From an uncultured delta proteobacterium (GTDB taxonomy: Bacteria > Myxococcota_A > Polyangia > Polyangiales > Polyangiaceae), in NCBI GenBank assembly GCA_963850305.1, contig CAWKKR010000007.1, positions 896,001 to 960,000 of the forward strand: a DNA stretch of 64,000 nt, read 5' to 3'. A program made the translations under genes and the position numbers. Numbering within the stretch: the first letter of the stretch is position 1; each line of letters begins with the position of its first letter. Positions 48,405-58,583 of this stretch are shown here, one piece after another. Under the pieces are notes generated by a model. The model was not told the origin of the DNA. It saw nothing but the letters and a program-made list of their open reading frames with translations, and made no database searches.

Positions 48405-50151
48405 ATGTTGCGTAAGCGCCTTGTAGGAGCGTTGTTGGCCGTCACCGTGGTCGGTGCGAATGCAACCGTTCCGCGAATTGCCCGCGCCCAGCAAGTGCTG
48501 GATCTCGACGATGATTCGGATTCGACGCCAGCCAAGAAAGGCGCCGCATCGAAGCCCGGCAAAAAGGGCACGGTGGATATCGACCTCGACGACAGCTCGG
48601 ACAAAGGCGGAGGCACGGCTGCGGCCGGACAGATGACGGAGCAAGCCGCCGCGGCAAAGCGGCTGTTCGACAAGGATCGTTACGCGGAAGCGGCGGTTTC
48701 GCTTTATCGCGTCGTGGCGGGTGAGACCGGGGACGACCCGGGCAACCAGCAACTCGCTCAGTATTATCTCGCCGTCTCTCTCTACAAGCTGAAGTTCTAC
48801 CAGGCGAGCTACGCGCTCTTCAGCCTCATCTCGATGCAGAAGACGCACCTCAAGTTCCGCGAGACGCTCCTCTGGCTCGCGAAGCTGGCGACGCAGCTGC
48901 CGGAGCCCGCGGACATCATCGAACGCGTCGGCAAGTACAGCGACGAGGAAGTCGCGCGCTTCGACAATCCGCAGCAAAAAGATCTGTTCTGGCAGCTCAA
49001 CTACATGCTCGGCCGCTACAAGTACCGGAACCGCGAGTACGAGGACGCGATCCGCCTGTTCCAGAAGGTGGATGAACAGAGCCCGTACTACGTCCAATCT
49101 CAGTTTTTCTCGGGCATCAGCTACGTGCAGCTCCGGAAGTCCGTCCCGGCGATCAAGTCGTTCCAGCGCGTCGAAAAGGCCGTGGACGAGGGCGCGCAGG
49201 GCGTCGAAGACGAGGGTCGCATGCGCGATCTCGCCTATCTGTCGATGGCCCGGACGTATTACTCGTCGTCGATTCAGCTGGATCCCGAGACGAACGCTCC
49301 GAACGTGAACAGCGAGAAGCTGAGCGCGGCGGTCAAGTACTGGAACCAGGTGGACGAGGCGAGCGAGTACTGGCTCGACGCGCTCTTCGAGGAGTCGTGG
49401 GCGTACTTCATGGCCGGCGACTATCCTCGCGCGCTCGGTAACATCCACACGATCCAGGCCCCGTACTTCCCGGGATCGTTCTATCCGGAAGCCGACATTC
49501 TCAAGGCGGTCATCTACTTCTCGAACTGCAACTACGAAGCGGCCACCACCGTGGTCGCACGGTTCAACAAGAAGTATCAGCCGATCCGCAAGGAGCTCGC
49601 GAAGGTCCTCAAGCACTTCAGCGGGGAGCCCGAGGAGGCGTACAAGTTCCTCCTCGCCGTTCGCGACGGCCAGGCCGATCTCGGATCCGAGCATCAAGAA
49701 CATCGTCCAGACGGCGATGAGCGACCGCCAGCTGCTCCGCAACATCGAGTACGTGAAGGTGCTCGACGCCGAGCTCGGGCGCTTCAAGGAGGCCCCCGGC
49801 CAGTTCCAGCAGTCGGGTCTCGGGCAACAGGTTCAGGATGCGCTGAAGCTCGCTCGCGAGATCGCGGTCAAGAACGCCGGCAAGCTCGCCAAGTCCCGCT
49901 ACGACCGGAACATGGACGACCTCGACGAGCACCTACGGAACGGCCAGAAGATTCTCATCGACATCACGGCCGCTCAGAGGAATTTGCTCGACGAGAAGAT
50001 GCAGCAGGGACAGGTGAGCAAGGTAGACGCGAAGATCTTCGGCGTGGTGAAGCCCGACGAAGAACACATCATTTGGCCGTTCCAGGGTGAGTACTGGCGC
50101 GACGAGCTCGGCTTTTATCGCCAGGTCGTCGAGTCGGCGTGTGGGAGATAA
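48405..50151 (+). CDS. gltC: Gliding motility TPR protein GltC (frameshift at ~49683)
   Basis: AAGGAG RBS, signal peptide, TPRs, ALFEESWAYF..RALGNIHTIQAPYF..YPEA..YFSNC, C-terminal WPFQGEYWRDELGFYR..C. Removing one G at 49683-49684 joins the two ORFs (ADLDPSIKNIVQTAMSD). Confidence 0.8.
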
Positions 50152-50157
50152 TGAAAG

Positions 50158-53100
50158 ATGAGCGCTAAGCTAGCGTTACCGTTTCTGGCAGTTCTGAGTC
50201 TGCTTCTTCTGACCCCGTTCGCCAGAGCGGACCAGGACGACGATTCTTCGTCGTCGAAGACATCGTCGTCGGCGTCATCATCGTCGGGACCGGGGATAGC
50301 CAATCCGTCGGCGTCGAAGCGGCTCTCGAATGAATGCATCTCGGATGACGCCTACAAGGAGCTCGAGGCGTGCCCGGGCGGCCCGAAGAAGTTCGACATC
50401 CACCAGAAGCGGGGCGCCGCGTTCAAGAGCGCTCCGCCTCCGGTCGAAAAGAAGGAGCGGACCGACGCCAAGCCACCGCCGCCGAGCGAAGCGATGGCGG
50501 CCGGCGAACGCGACGAGCGCAAGACGCGCTTGAAGGCGCGCGCCCGGGAGCTGCTCATCACGGAGATCACGGGGCTCGAGGGGCTGTACGGGAGTACGCG
50601 GCGGCATTCGCCCGATCGCCCGCAGCTCGTGAGGCGCCTCGCGGAGAACTACGTCGAGCTCGAAACGGCAGCGCAGCACGACAAGACGCAGGCGGAGGTC
50701 AACGCGGACGACGCGAAGCACCAGAAGAACCGCTCGAAGTACGAGCATTCCCGTGGCGAGGCGGCGAAGGCGAAGCGGATCCTCGATTCAGCACGGCAGA
50801 ACGCGATCAAGTTCTACACCGTGATGAAGAAGGACTACCCGAACTACTCGAAGATCGACGAGGTGCTCTATTACCTCGCGTACGAGTACGAGCAGGCCGG
50901 GGACCTAGACAACGCGCGCAAGGTCTACTTCGAGCTGATCCAGAGCGCGCCGAAGTCCAAGTACATCCCCAACGCCTATCTGGCGTTCGGCGAGCTCTTC
51001 TTCCAGGAAGCCATGGGCGACCCGTCGAAGTGGGATCTCTCCGCGGAAGCCTACAAGCAGGTGCTCAAGTATCCCCCGCCCGACAACAAGGTCTGGGGCT
51101 ACGCGCACTACAAGCTCGGCTACGTCTACTGGAACACCGGGGACTTTCCGAAGGCGATCCAGGAGTTCAAGGAGACCATCGAGTACGGCGATAAGTACTC
51201 CGATCAGCCGAACGCCGTGCAGCTTCAGAAGGCCGCTCGCAAGGACATGATCCCCGTCTACGCGATCGCCGGGAAGCCCGACAAGGCCTACAACTTCTTC
51301 CAGCCGCTATCGGGTGACAGCGAGGGCAGCGACACGAAGACGCTCGGCATGTTGAACGACCTCGGCACGTCGTACCTCGACACCGGCCACTACCCGGAAG
51401 CCATCGTTCTCTACCACGAGCTGATGAGTCGCGACAAAGGCGACCGGTACTGCGAGTACGAGACGAAGGTGAGCCAGGCCACCCAGGCGTTGAACGCCGG
51501 CGACAAGGGCGCGGTCATCAAGGAGTTCGACAATCAGGTTCGGGTGCGCAAGGAATTCCTCGCAGGGAACCATTCCCAGAAATCCAAGGACCAGTGCTCG
51601 AACGACACGGCAGAGCTCCTCTCCGAGGCGGCCATGAGCTGGCACCTGGAGGCCGTGGGTAGCAACGGAACTCGCGGTACGGGCAGCCAGGACACGATGG
51701 ACAAGGCGGCGATCCTTTATCGAAAGGTCGTCGACAATTTCAAAGCCGCCGATTTCGACAAGTTCACGTTTCCGCGCATCGTCAAGGAGGACTGGCCGAC
51801 ACTCTTCAAGATCAAGTACGCGATGGCGGACTTGCTCTACTTCCAGCAGAAGTGGGACCAGTGCGGACCTGCGTTCGACTCGGTCGTCGAGGAGAATCCC
51901 ACCGGTTCCGAGGCACCGGAAGCTGCTTACGCATCGGTGCTCTGCTACCAGAAGATGTACGACCAGGCTCACAAGGGGAATGAGGACAAGAAGGGTCGGG
52001 GCCTCGGTCCGACGGGGGCCGATGCCAAGGACCGCCAGGCGAAGAAGGGAGAGTGGCAGAAGGTCAAGCCGCTGCCCTTCACGGACATGCAAAAAGGCAT
52101 GATCCAGGCTTTCAATCGGTACGTTTGCTACATCAAGCCACCCGAGGGCGACAAGGACGCGCTTTCTCAGTACATCGAGGTCAAATACGCGCGTGCGCGC
52201 ACTTACTTCGAAGCGCAGCACTGGGAAGAAGCTGCGATCGCGTTCCGTGACGTCGCGCTGAGTTATCCCAACAGCGACGCCGCGGGCTACGCCGCGAACC
52301 TCTACCTGGAGTCGCTGAACGTTCTCGGGTCTCGCTCGGAGCCGCCGAAGCCGTCGTGCTTCGACGACATGGCGGGCGACGTCCCGACGTTCATCAAGCT
52401 GTACTGCCAGGGCAGCAAGGCGAACGACAACAAGGAGCAGTGCGATCTGCTCGCACGCATCCAGTGCGACATCAAGCGCCTCAGGGCGCAGAAGATTGTC
52501 GAGCTAGCCGACAACATGGCCGACAAGGGCCAGGACGGCGCGCTGGACAAGTACAAAGAAGGCGGCGACGCGTACATCGAGCTGTGGCGCACGTACGGCG
52601 AGCAGCAGACCCAGAACGGGGAGCCGTCGCAGTGCGGCAAGATGGACGAAATTCTCTACAACGCGGCGCAAGCGTACCAGGCGGGTCGTCTGCTCGCGAA
52701 GTCCATCAACGTCAGACGTATCCTTCTCGACCCGAAGTACAAGCTGAACGACTCGGACGTCGCGAAGAAGTCCATTTATCAGATCGGCAAGAACTATCAG
52801 GCGATTGCCGTCTACGACGTCGCAGCGAACTATTTCGAAAAGTACGCCGACGCGACGAAGTACCAGGGCGAGGACGCCGATCAGGCGATAAGCGACGCAG
52901 TGGTGCTCCGGCTCGGGCTCGGTCAGGCCGACGAGGCCATCGACGACGCGAAGAACTTCGACAAGTACTACGGTGCCAAGAAGCCTCAGCTCACCGCCCA
53001 GATCGCGTTCGCGATCGCGGACCACTACGCCCAGAAGGAGGACTGGGAAAACACCCGGAAGCAGCTGGCTGGCGCGCTGCGGCTGATCGACAAGAACGCA

Positions 53101-53952
53101 ACGGCGGACGTTCAGGTCATGGCGCACACGCTCCTGGCGCGTGCGCTGACGAAGCTGAATCAACCGACACCCGCGGGACGAGAATACGCAAAGGTCGTAT
53201 CGCTCTGGAAGGATCCGCAGAAGGCCGTATCCGCGATTCAAGCCATCCCGGGCGAAGACGATGCGGGTAAGCAGCGGCGAATCGGCAAAGCGCTGACCGC
53301 TGTCGGTGAGGCGTACTTCTACTTCGCGGAGCAGAAGCGCGCGAAGGTCGATAAGATCATCTTCCCCGTCTACAAGGGCAAGGGGACGATCGAGGACGTC
53401 AAGAAGCACATCAACACGAAGGTGAAGGACTGGATCACGAAGAAGCGGCCGCTCATCGAGGAGGCAACGGGCGAGTACAAGAAGATCGTGGATCTCCAGC
53501 CTGTACCGCCGCCGCAGTGGGTCATCGCTGCGGGCTCTCGCGTGGGGTCCATGTGGGGCCAGTTCGTGAAAGAGTTCCGGGCGGCGCCCATTCCGGATTC
53601 GATCCGGAAGGACGTGGAGCTCCGGCAGACGTATTACGCGTCGCTCGACGACGCTTCGGAGCCTCAGAAACAGATGGCGCGGGGTGCCTTCAAGACGTGC
53701 CTCGACTACTCGGTTCAGTATCAATACTTCGACGAGTTCAGTCGTGCTTGCGAGGAGTGGCTCGCGCAGAACTACAAGTCGGAGTTCCACTTGATTGACG
53801 AGTTCCGCGGATCGCCGAACCGCGTGAACAGCGTGATCAGCGAGCGCGCCTACCCGCTTCAGATCAGCGGGGAGCCGTACATCATCACCACGGTGCAGAA
53901 GGCCGCGAGGCCGGCGAAGAAGGAAGACAACACGAGCGACAAGAAGAAGTGA
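50158..53952 (+). CDS. gltD: Large periplasmic TPR protein GltD (AgmU-like)
   Basis: Signal peptide, many TPRs (YPNYSKIDEVLYYLA, PKSKYIPNAYLAFGE, YAHYKLGYVYWN), QWVIAA..RVG..F..APIP, C....F.EFS..C; position between gltC and gltE. Confidence 0.75.
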   Translation: MSAKLALPFLAVLSLLLLTPFARADQDDDSSSSKTSSSASSSSGPGIANPSASKRLSNECISDDAYKELEACPGGPKKFDIHQKRGAAFKSAPPPVEKKERTDAKPPPPSEAMAAGERDERKTRLKARARELLITEITGLEGLYGSTRRHSPDRPQLVRRLAENYVELETAAQHDKTQAEVNADDAKHQKNRSKYEHSRGEAAKAKRILDSARQNAIKFYTVMKKDYPNYSKIDEVLYYLAYEYEQAGDLDNARKVYFELIQSAPKSKYIPNAYLAFGELFFQEAMGDPSKWDLSAEAYKQVLKYPPPDNKVWGYAHYKLGYVYWNTGDFPKAIQEFKETIEYGDKYSDQPNAVQLQKAARKDMIPVYAIAGKPDKAYNFFQPLSGDSEGSDTKTLGMLNDLGTSYLDTGHYPEAIVLYHELMSRDKGDRYCEYETKVSQATQALNAGDKGAVIKEFDNQVRVRKEFLAGNHSQKSKDQCSNDTAELLSEAAMSWHLEAVGSNGTRGTGSQDTMDKAAILYRKVVDNFKAADFDKFTFPRIVKEDWPTLFKIKYAMADLLYFQQKWDQCGPAFDSVVEENPTGSEAPEAAYASVLCYQKMYDQAHKGNEDKKGRGLGPTGADAKDRQAKKGEWQKVKPLPFTDMQKGMIQAFNRYVCYIKPPEGDKDALSQYIEVKYARARTYFEAQHWEEAAIAFRDVALSYPNSDAAGYAANLYLESLNVLGSRSEPPKPSCFDDMAGDVPTFIKLYCQGSKANDNKEQCDLLARIQCDIKRLRAQKIVELADNMADKGQDGALDKYKEGGDAYIELWRTYGEQQTQNGEPSQCGKMDEILYNAAQAYQAGRLLAKSINVRRILLDPKYKLNDSDVAKKSIYQIGKNYQAIAVYDVAANYFEKYADATKYQGEDADQAISDAVVLRLGLGQADEAIDDAKNFDKYYGAKKPQLTAQIAFAIADHYAQKEDWENTRKQLAGALRLIDKNATADVQVMAHTLLARALTKLNQPTPAGREYAKVVSLWKDPQKAVSAIQAIPGEDDAGKQRRIGKALTAVGEAYFYFAEQKRAKVDKIIFPVYKGKGTIEDVKKHINTKVKDWITKKRPLIEEATGEYKKIVDLQPVPPPQWVIAAGSRVGSMWGQFVKEFRAAPIPDSIRKDVELRQTYYASLDDASEPQKQMARGAFKTCLDYSVQYQYFDEFSRACEEWLAQNYKSEFHLIDEFRGSPNRVNSVISERAYPLQISGEPYIITTVQKAARPAKKEDNTSDKKK

Positions 53953-53956
53953 CGTC

Positions 53957-53980
53957 GGGAGCCCTTCGGGGGCTCCCCTT
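53957..53980 (+). terminator. Intercistronic GC hairpin (weak terminator or mRNA stabiliser)
   Basis: GGGAGCCC-TTCGG-GGGCTCCC followed only by CTT. Confidence 0.45.
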
Positions 53981-54009
53981 CCGATTGTCCTGCAAGTTTC
54001 AAGGAGCTC

Positions 54010-55626
54010 ATGATGACGCGCGTTTTTTCGAGTTTGGTCGTCGCAGGGGTGCTGTTTCAGCTGACGGGGTGCGGCGGAGGCGCCGGGGCGAACAGCAAGC
54101 CTGCGGAGGAATTGCCGCCGTCACAGGCGAGTGGGTTCAAGACGAGTGCCGGCGTGGCGGTGCACAAGGAGGCGGCAAAGGGATTCGACGAGGCACTGAA
54201 GGCGTTCGTCGGACATGACAAGGCCTTCGATTGGACGCCGGACTCCTGCAAGGAAGTGGCCGGCATGTTCATGAAGGCGTCGGACGTGCAGCAATCGGCC
54301 ACGAACCGCGGCTTTCCTTCGGCGCTCTACAACGCGGGGCTTTCGTACCAGCGCTGCGAGCTCCAGGGGGACGCCCAGAAGGAGTTTCAGGCGGCTCTCG
54401 ACGCGGACAAGAGCTTTCACCGCGCCGCCACGCAGCTTGCGCTTTACGACTATCAGAAGACGCAGGACCTCGACGCTACGATCGACAAGCTGAACCAGAT
54501 CATTCGTGACGCGAAGTTTCAGGACACGGACGCGCTCGTGAGCGTCGCTGCGCTGCAGATGGAGCGCGCGAACGATCAGTCCGATTCCGACGGCAAAAAC
54601 GATCTCGAACGCGCCGTGAAGAATATCCAGCGCGCGCTTGCCATCGACGACACGTTCATGCCGGCGTTCAACCAGCTTGCCATTTACTATCTCGAGCAAG
54701 CCAAGGCCAAAGCCGGTCGAAAGGTGGGCCGGCAAACGGGTCTCGTCGTCTCGGGTCAGTCGCGGAAAGGCGTGGATCAGCAGATGCTCGATCTCGCTGC
54801 GCTCGTGTCCGCCCAGGGCGTTGCGAAGAACCCAAAGTATGCCGCTATTTACAACACGGCCGGTCTCATCCAGGTGGAGCAGCGCAATTACAACGGCGCC
54901 GTGAAGAGCTTCAAGAAGGCGCGGGAGCTCGATCCAAGCTTCTTCGAAGCGGACATGAACTACGGCGCGGTGAATCTGTCGTTCCGCGGCTTCAAGGAAG
55001 CAGATGCGGCGTATCGCGAGGCCATCAAGCTGAAGCCGAAAGAGTACGAGGCGCACCTCGGGCTCGCACTTGCGCTACGCGGCGACATCGACGACTCGAA
55101 CTTCGACAAGAACGTCGCGGAAGCGCAGAGCGAGCTGGACCAGTGCAAGAAGCTCGCGCCCGATCGTCCCGAGACGTACTACAACGAGGCGATTCTCACG
55201 CAGGAGTATCGCGCCAAGGGCTCTCAGGAGCAGGCGATCCCCATGCTGAAGAAGGCCGCGGACATCTACCGGACCTTCGTGGAGAAGGCGCAAGGGAACG
55301 ATGCGTTTGCCGCCGCCGTGAAGCGCGCGAAGGAACGCACGCAGGACATCCAGGACACGATCAAGTTCGTCGAGGAGGGTGAAGCCGCGCGGAAAGCCGA
55401 TGAGGAAGCGCAGAAGGCGGCCGCGGCTGCTGCGGCCGCCGCACCGCCGGCATCGACCACGCCCCCACCAGCAGCATCGGGTACCGCGCCACCGGGTGGC
55501 GCGGCGGCGCCAGCGCCGGCGGCGCCAGCCAAAAATGATAGCGTTGGCGGATGCCTTTTTGAGGAATCGCGCCCTCGAGCCGGAACTTTGCGCCGCCTGG
55601 CGTGTCAGAGTCTGACAGCGGGATGA
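54010..55626 (+). CDS. gltE: TPR lipoprotein GltE (AglT-like); true stop may be 55536-55538
   Basis: AAGGAG RBS, lipobox LTGC, TPRs (AAIYNTAG, EADMNYG..L.FR, EAHLGLALALRG, ETYYNEAIL), Pro/Ala tail; precedes gltF-gltG. Confidence 0.75.
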   Translation: MMTRVFSSLVVAGVLFQLTGCGGGAGANSKPAEELPPSQASGFKTSAGVAVHKEAAKGFDEALKAFVGHDKAFDWTPDSCKEVAGMFMKASDVQQSATNRGFPSALYNAGLSYQRCELQGDAQKEFQAALDADKSFHRAATQLALYDYQKTQDLDATIDKLNQIIRDAKFQDTDALVSVAALQMERANDQSDSDGKNDLERAVKNIQRALAIDDTFMPAFNQLAIYYLEQAKAKAGRKVGRQTGLVVSGQSRKGVDQQMLDLAALVSAQGVAKNPKYAAIYNTAGLIQVEQRNYNGAVKSFKKARELDPSFFEADMNYGAVNLSFRGFKEADAAYREAIKLKPKEYEAHLGLALALRGDIDDSNFDKNVAEAQSELDQCKKLAPDRPETYYNEAILTQEYRAKGSQEQAIPMLKKAADIYRTFVEKAQGNDAFAAAVKRAKERTQDIQDTIKFVEEGEAARKADEEAQKAAAAAAAAAPPASTTPPPAASGTAPPGGAAAPAPAAPAKNDSVGGCLFEESRPRAGTLRRLACQSLTAG

Positions 55627-55646
55627 TCAGGGCAGCCATAACAGGG

Positions 55647-55676
55647 TTGACGTGAGACTGGCCTCCTGAGTACGAT
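55647..55676 (+). promoter_or_regulatory. Internal sigma70-type promoter upstream of gltF
   Basis: TTGACG (55647-55652)-N18-TACGAT (55671-55676). Confidence 0.6.
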
Positions 55677-55714
55677 ATCACTGTAATTTGTCGGAAAATT
55701 CTGTGGAGGCTGCA

Positions 55715-55984
55715 ATGATGCGATCAGTACGTGTCGGGTTGGCTGGCGTGGCGCTCGGGGCGATCGTTTTGGTGTCGAGTGGACGCGCCTTTGCGCAAGA
55801 CAAGGGCGGAGACGACAAGAGCGCGGGCTACGGCTATTCGTTCGATGACGATCCACTGAGCGCCGGCGGCTTTGGTCCGAACGACGCGACAATTCGAGTT
55901 CGTCCGCGAGCTGCGCGTACGACCTTGATTCGTCCTCGAACGTCGTTCGTGCCGGAGATGTTGAAGTCCGTAGAGAGCTTGTAG
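55715..55984 (+). CDS. gltF: Small exported protein GltF/CglF
   Basis: GGAGG RBS, signal ..AFAQ, YSFDDD..G..P..LIRPRTSFVPEMLKSVESL. Confidence 0.8.
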   Translation: MMRSVRVGLAGVALGAIVLVSSGRAFAQDKGGDDKSAGYGYSFDDDPLSAGGFGPNDATIRVRPRAARTTLIRPRTSFVPEMLKSVESL

Positions 55985-56077
55985 TCGTTGAGCGAGGTCG
56001 GTCGCGGATTTGATGCGGGAGACTACTCCCGCGGGGAAACCTTTGCCGGGATAGCACCGAGGAATCGATAGAGAAGC

Positions 56078-58132
56078 ATGGCCAAAGCCGTTCTAAACTT
56101 CGCGATTTATCGCAGCGACGCATTCGAGCGACGAGAGAGCATCGCTCAGGACATCGTAAAGGTCGGCAAGGATCCCAAGAGTCATCTGCGCATCGACGAC
56201 GAAGCGGCGTCGCGCATGCATGCGGTGATCGAGGTCGGCGGTCCTGAGGACATCACCCTGATCGATCTCGGGAACGATCCCGGCACGCTCGTGAACGGCG
56301 CGCGGGTCAATAAATGCAAGCTGCACGTCGGGGACAAGATCGAGATTGGCCAGACCCAGCTGATGCTGGAGTCGGCGGAGTCCCAGGGCGAGCCCGTCGC
56401 TGCTGGGTTCGCATCAGCAGCGCCGAAGGCTGCCGTCGCGTCGAACCCATTCGCGGCGGGCGCGGGTGGCGGGTCGAACCCGTTTGCTGCGGCATCGAAC
56501 CCATTTGCCGCCGCGGCTGCGGCATCGAACCCATTCGCGGCGGCGTCGAATCCGTTTGCCGCTCCGGCGAGCCCCTTTGCGCCGAGTCCGGCTGCGCACG
56601 GGCACGGTCGCCACGGTGTCCCGGATGACGCGCCGCCAGGGACCTACACGTACACGCTCGTCAAGAGTGGTCCGGACGTGTCTGCGGACGAGGTCGAGCT
56701 CGTCCACGTGCAGGCGGTCGAAGTCATGGTGCTTTGGGGTGCGAACGTGCTGCACGTCTCGCATCTGACGCCCCCGCGAAATTTTTACGTGGGTGAAGAG
56801 CAGGGTAAGAATTTTTCGACGGATTTCTTCATTCCGTCGGAACAGCTCGGGACCACGCGCATGCCGGTGGTCCTCGCCGACAGCGGTTCGATCAGCGTCG
56901 TGATTCCGGCCGGTGCGAGAGGCTCGGTGGAGCTTCCAGGGCAGCCGAAGATGTCGCTGGACGAGGTGCGGCAACGCGCGCAGCCGTGCGCGGAAATGAG
57001 CGGGGCGCAACAGTTCCCGATAGGCACGGGGGGCAAGGCCCGGATCGAGCTCAATGACTTCGTGTTTCAGGTCGCGGCCGTCAACGCTGGCAAGCCGATA
57101 AAGCACGGCGTGGGTGCGGGGCTCGACTGGGGCGTCCTTCTTTACTTCGGTGCGTCGATTCTGGGTGTCGGCGGGTTCATCGCCGCGATGGCGTTCTTCG
57201 TGCCGCCGCTCGGGCTCACGGATGACGAGGACATCGATAAGAACGCACTGTATCTGATGCAGCAATTCCTCGATGCCGCTGCCGAGCGTGAACAGGAGGA
57301 AAAGCAGACCGAGCAGCCTCCGGACGCGAACGCCGACAACAAAGAAGGTGGCACCGGTACGCGAGCCAAGGGTGAAGAAGGCTCGATGGGCAAGCAGGAC
57401 AGCAAGGCGACGAACAAGCGCTACGCCGTCCAGGGCCCGCAGGACAATCCGGATCCGCACATTGCCCGGCAGGCTGCGCTGCGCGAGGCGATGGAGTTCG
57501 GCATGATCGGCCTTTTGAACACGGGCGCCGCTGGCGATCCGAATGCGCCCACGGCACCGTGGGGTCGCGATACGTCGCTCGGGTCGGACTCCGTGAGCGC
57601 CATGGGCAACATGTTCGGCGACGAGATCGGCGACGCCTACGGTGCGGGCGGTCTCGGCTTGTCGGGTATCGGAGAGGGAGGCGGCGGTCGCGGGGAGGGC
57701 ATCGGTCTCGGTTCGATCGGGACGCTCGGGCACGGTGCGGGGACGGGTACCGGGCAGGGCTTTGGCTCCGGGCATGGCCGTCTGGGCGGTGATCACGTCG
57801 CGAAGGCGCCCAAGGTGCGCATGGGGCAAACGACCGTCAGCGGCCGGCTGCCACCGGAAGTCATTCAGCGTATCGTTCGACAGAACTACGGTCGGTTCCG
57901 GCTCTGTTACGAGCAGGGCCTCGCGCGAAACCCGAACCTGGAGGGACGCGTGCAGGTGAGGTTCGTGATCGGTCGGGACGGTTCGGTCTCGAACGTGGGA
58001 AATGGTGGGTCCGACATCCCGGATTCGGCCGTGGTTCAGTGCGTGATCCGCAACTATTACGGTCTGAGTTTCCCGCAGCCCGAGGGCGGCATCGTGACGG
58101 TCGTGTATCCGATCATGTTCTCCCCGGGCTAG
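56078..58132 (+). CDS. gltG: GltG (PglI): FHA - NPF-repeat linker - TM - Gly-rich - TonB-like AgmX/PglI C-terminal domain
   Basis: KVGK..SRMHAVIE..IDLG..GTLVNG (FHA), TM, RAKGEEGSMG, Gly-rich tract, EVIQRIVRQN..RLCYEQGL..NPNLEGRV.VRF.IG..FPQPEGG.V.V.YP. Confidence 0.88.
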   Translation: MAKAVLNFAIYRSDAFERRESIAQDIVKVGKDPKSHLRIDDEAASRMHAVIEVGGPEDITLIDLGNDPGTLVNGARVNKCKLHVGDKIEIGQTQLMLESAESQGEPVAAGFASAAPKAAVASNPFAAGAGGGSNPFAAASNPFAAAAAASNPFAAASNPFAAPASPFAPSPAAHGHGRHGVPDDAPPGTYTYTLVKSGPDVSADEVELVHVQAVEVMVLWGANVLHVSHLTPPRNFYVGEEQGKNFSTDFFIPSEQLGTTRMPVVLADSGSISVVIPAGARGSVELPGQPKMSLDEVRQRAQPCAEMSGAQQFPIGTGGKARIELNDFVFQVAAVNAGKPIKHGVGAGLDWGVLLYFGASILGVGGFIAAMAFFVPPLGLTDDEDIDKNALYLMQQFLDAAAEREQEEKQTEQPPDANADNKEGGTGTRAKGEEGSMGKQDSKATNKRYAVQGPQDNPDPHIARQAALREAMEFGMIGLLNTGAAGDPNAPTAPWGRDTSLGSDSVSAMGNMFGDEIGDAYGAGGLGLSGIGEGGGGRGEGIGLGSIGTLGHGAGTGTGQGFGSGHGRLGGDHVAKAPKVRMGQTTVSGRLPPEVIQRIVRQNYGRFRLCYEQGLARNPNLEGRVQVRFVIGRDGSVSNVGNGGSDIPDSAVVQCVIRNYYGLSFPQPEGGIVTVVYPIMFSPG

Positions 58133-58583
58133 GGGCCGCTTCCGTTGGGATTGCGTGAGCACGCGGATCGGCTGACGCCGCCGGTCCCCACACGGCCATA
58201 CGTTTCCGCCACACCGACGGCGGTTACGCGCGTCGCAAGCGGTCGTCGGCGAACGCGGGCGGTTCCGGACAGCTAGGGAATGCGCGAGGTCGCTCAGCGT
58301 CTACGTGCGACCCTGGTTCCCGCCGCGTGACGCTCGGCCCACAAGGAGATCGATCGAGGTGATCGAAGCCGAACGAACCGATGAAACGCGGGCTGAGCTG
58401 GAAGCCATGGCGCGCCTTCGAGCCGACGCGAGCACACGGTTCATCTCGCCGCGGAAAGCCCTGGAAACGTGGGTGAATCGCGTCGACGAACGGCTTTACT
58501 TCAGAGCGGCCGGTATCTATGCTCGTGTCCTTGTCCAGGCTGTCAGTCCCAACGTCCGCAGGACAAAGGGAAGGGTGCTCGTG

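Noticed and set aside
49683..49700. Programmed ribosomal frameshift in gltC
   Set aside because: No slippery heptamer or stimulatory structure; similar indels elsewhere point to sequencing error.
47802..49787. Long antisense/shadow ORFs (also 2091-3761, 25283-26998, 41702-43009, 56414-58162, 60112-61890)
   Set aside because: They mirror well-supported genes on the other strand, a common effect of high GC3, and carry no motifs.
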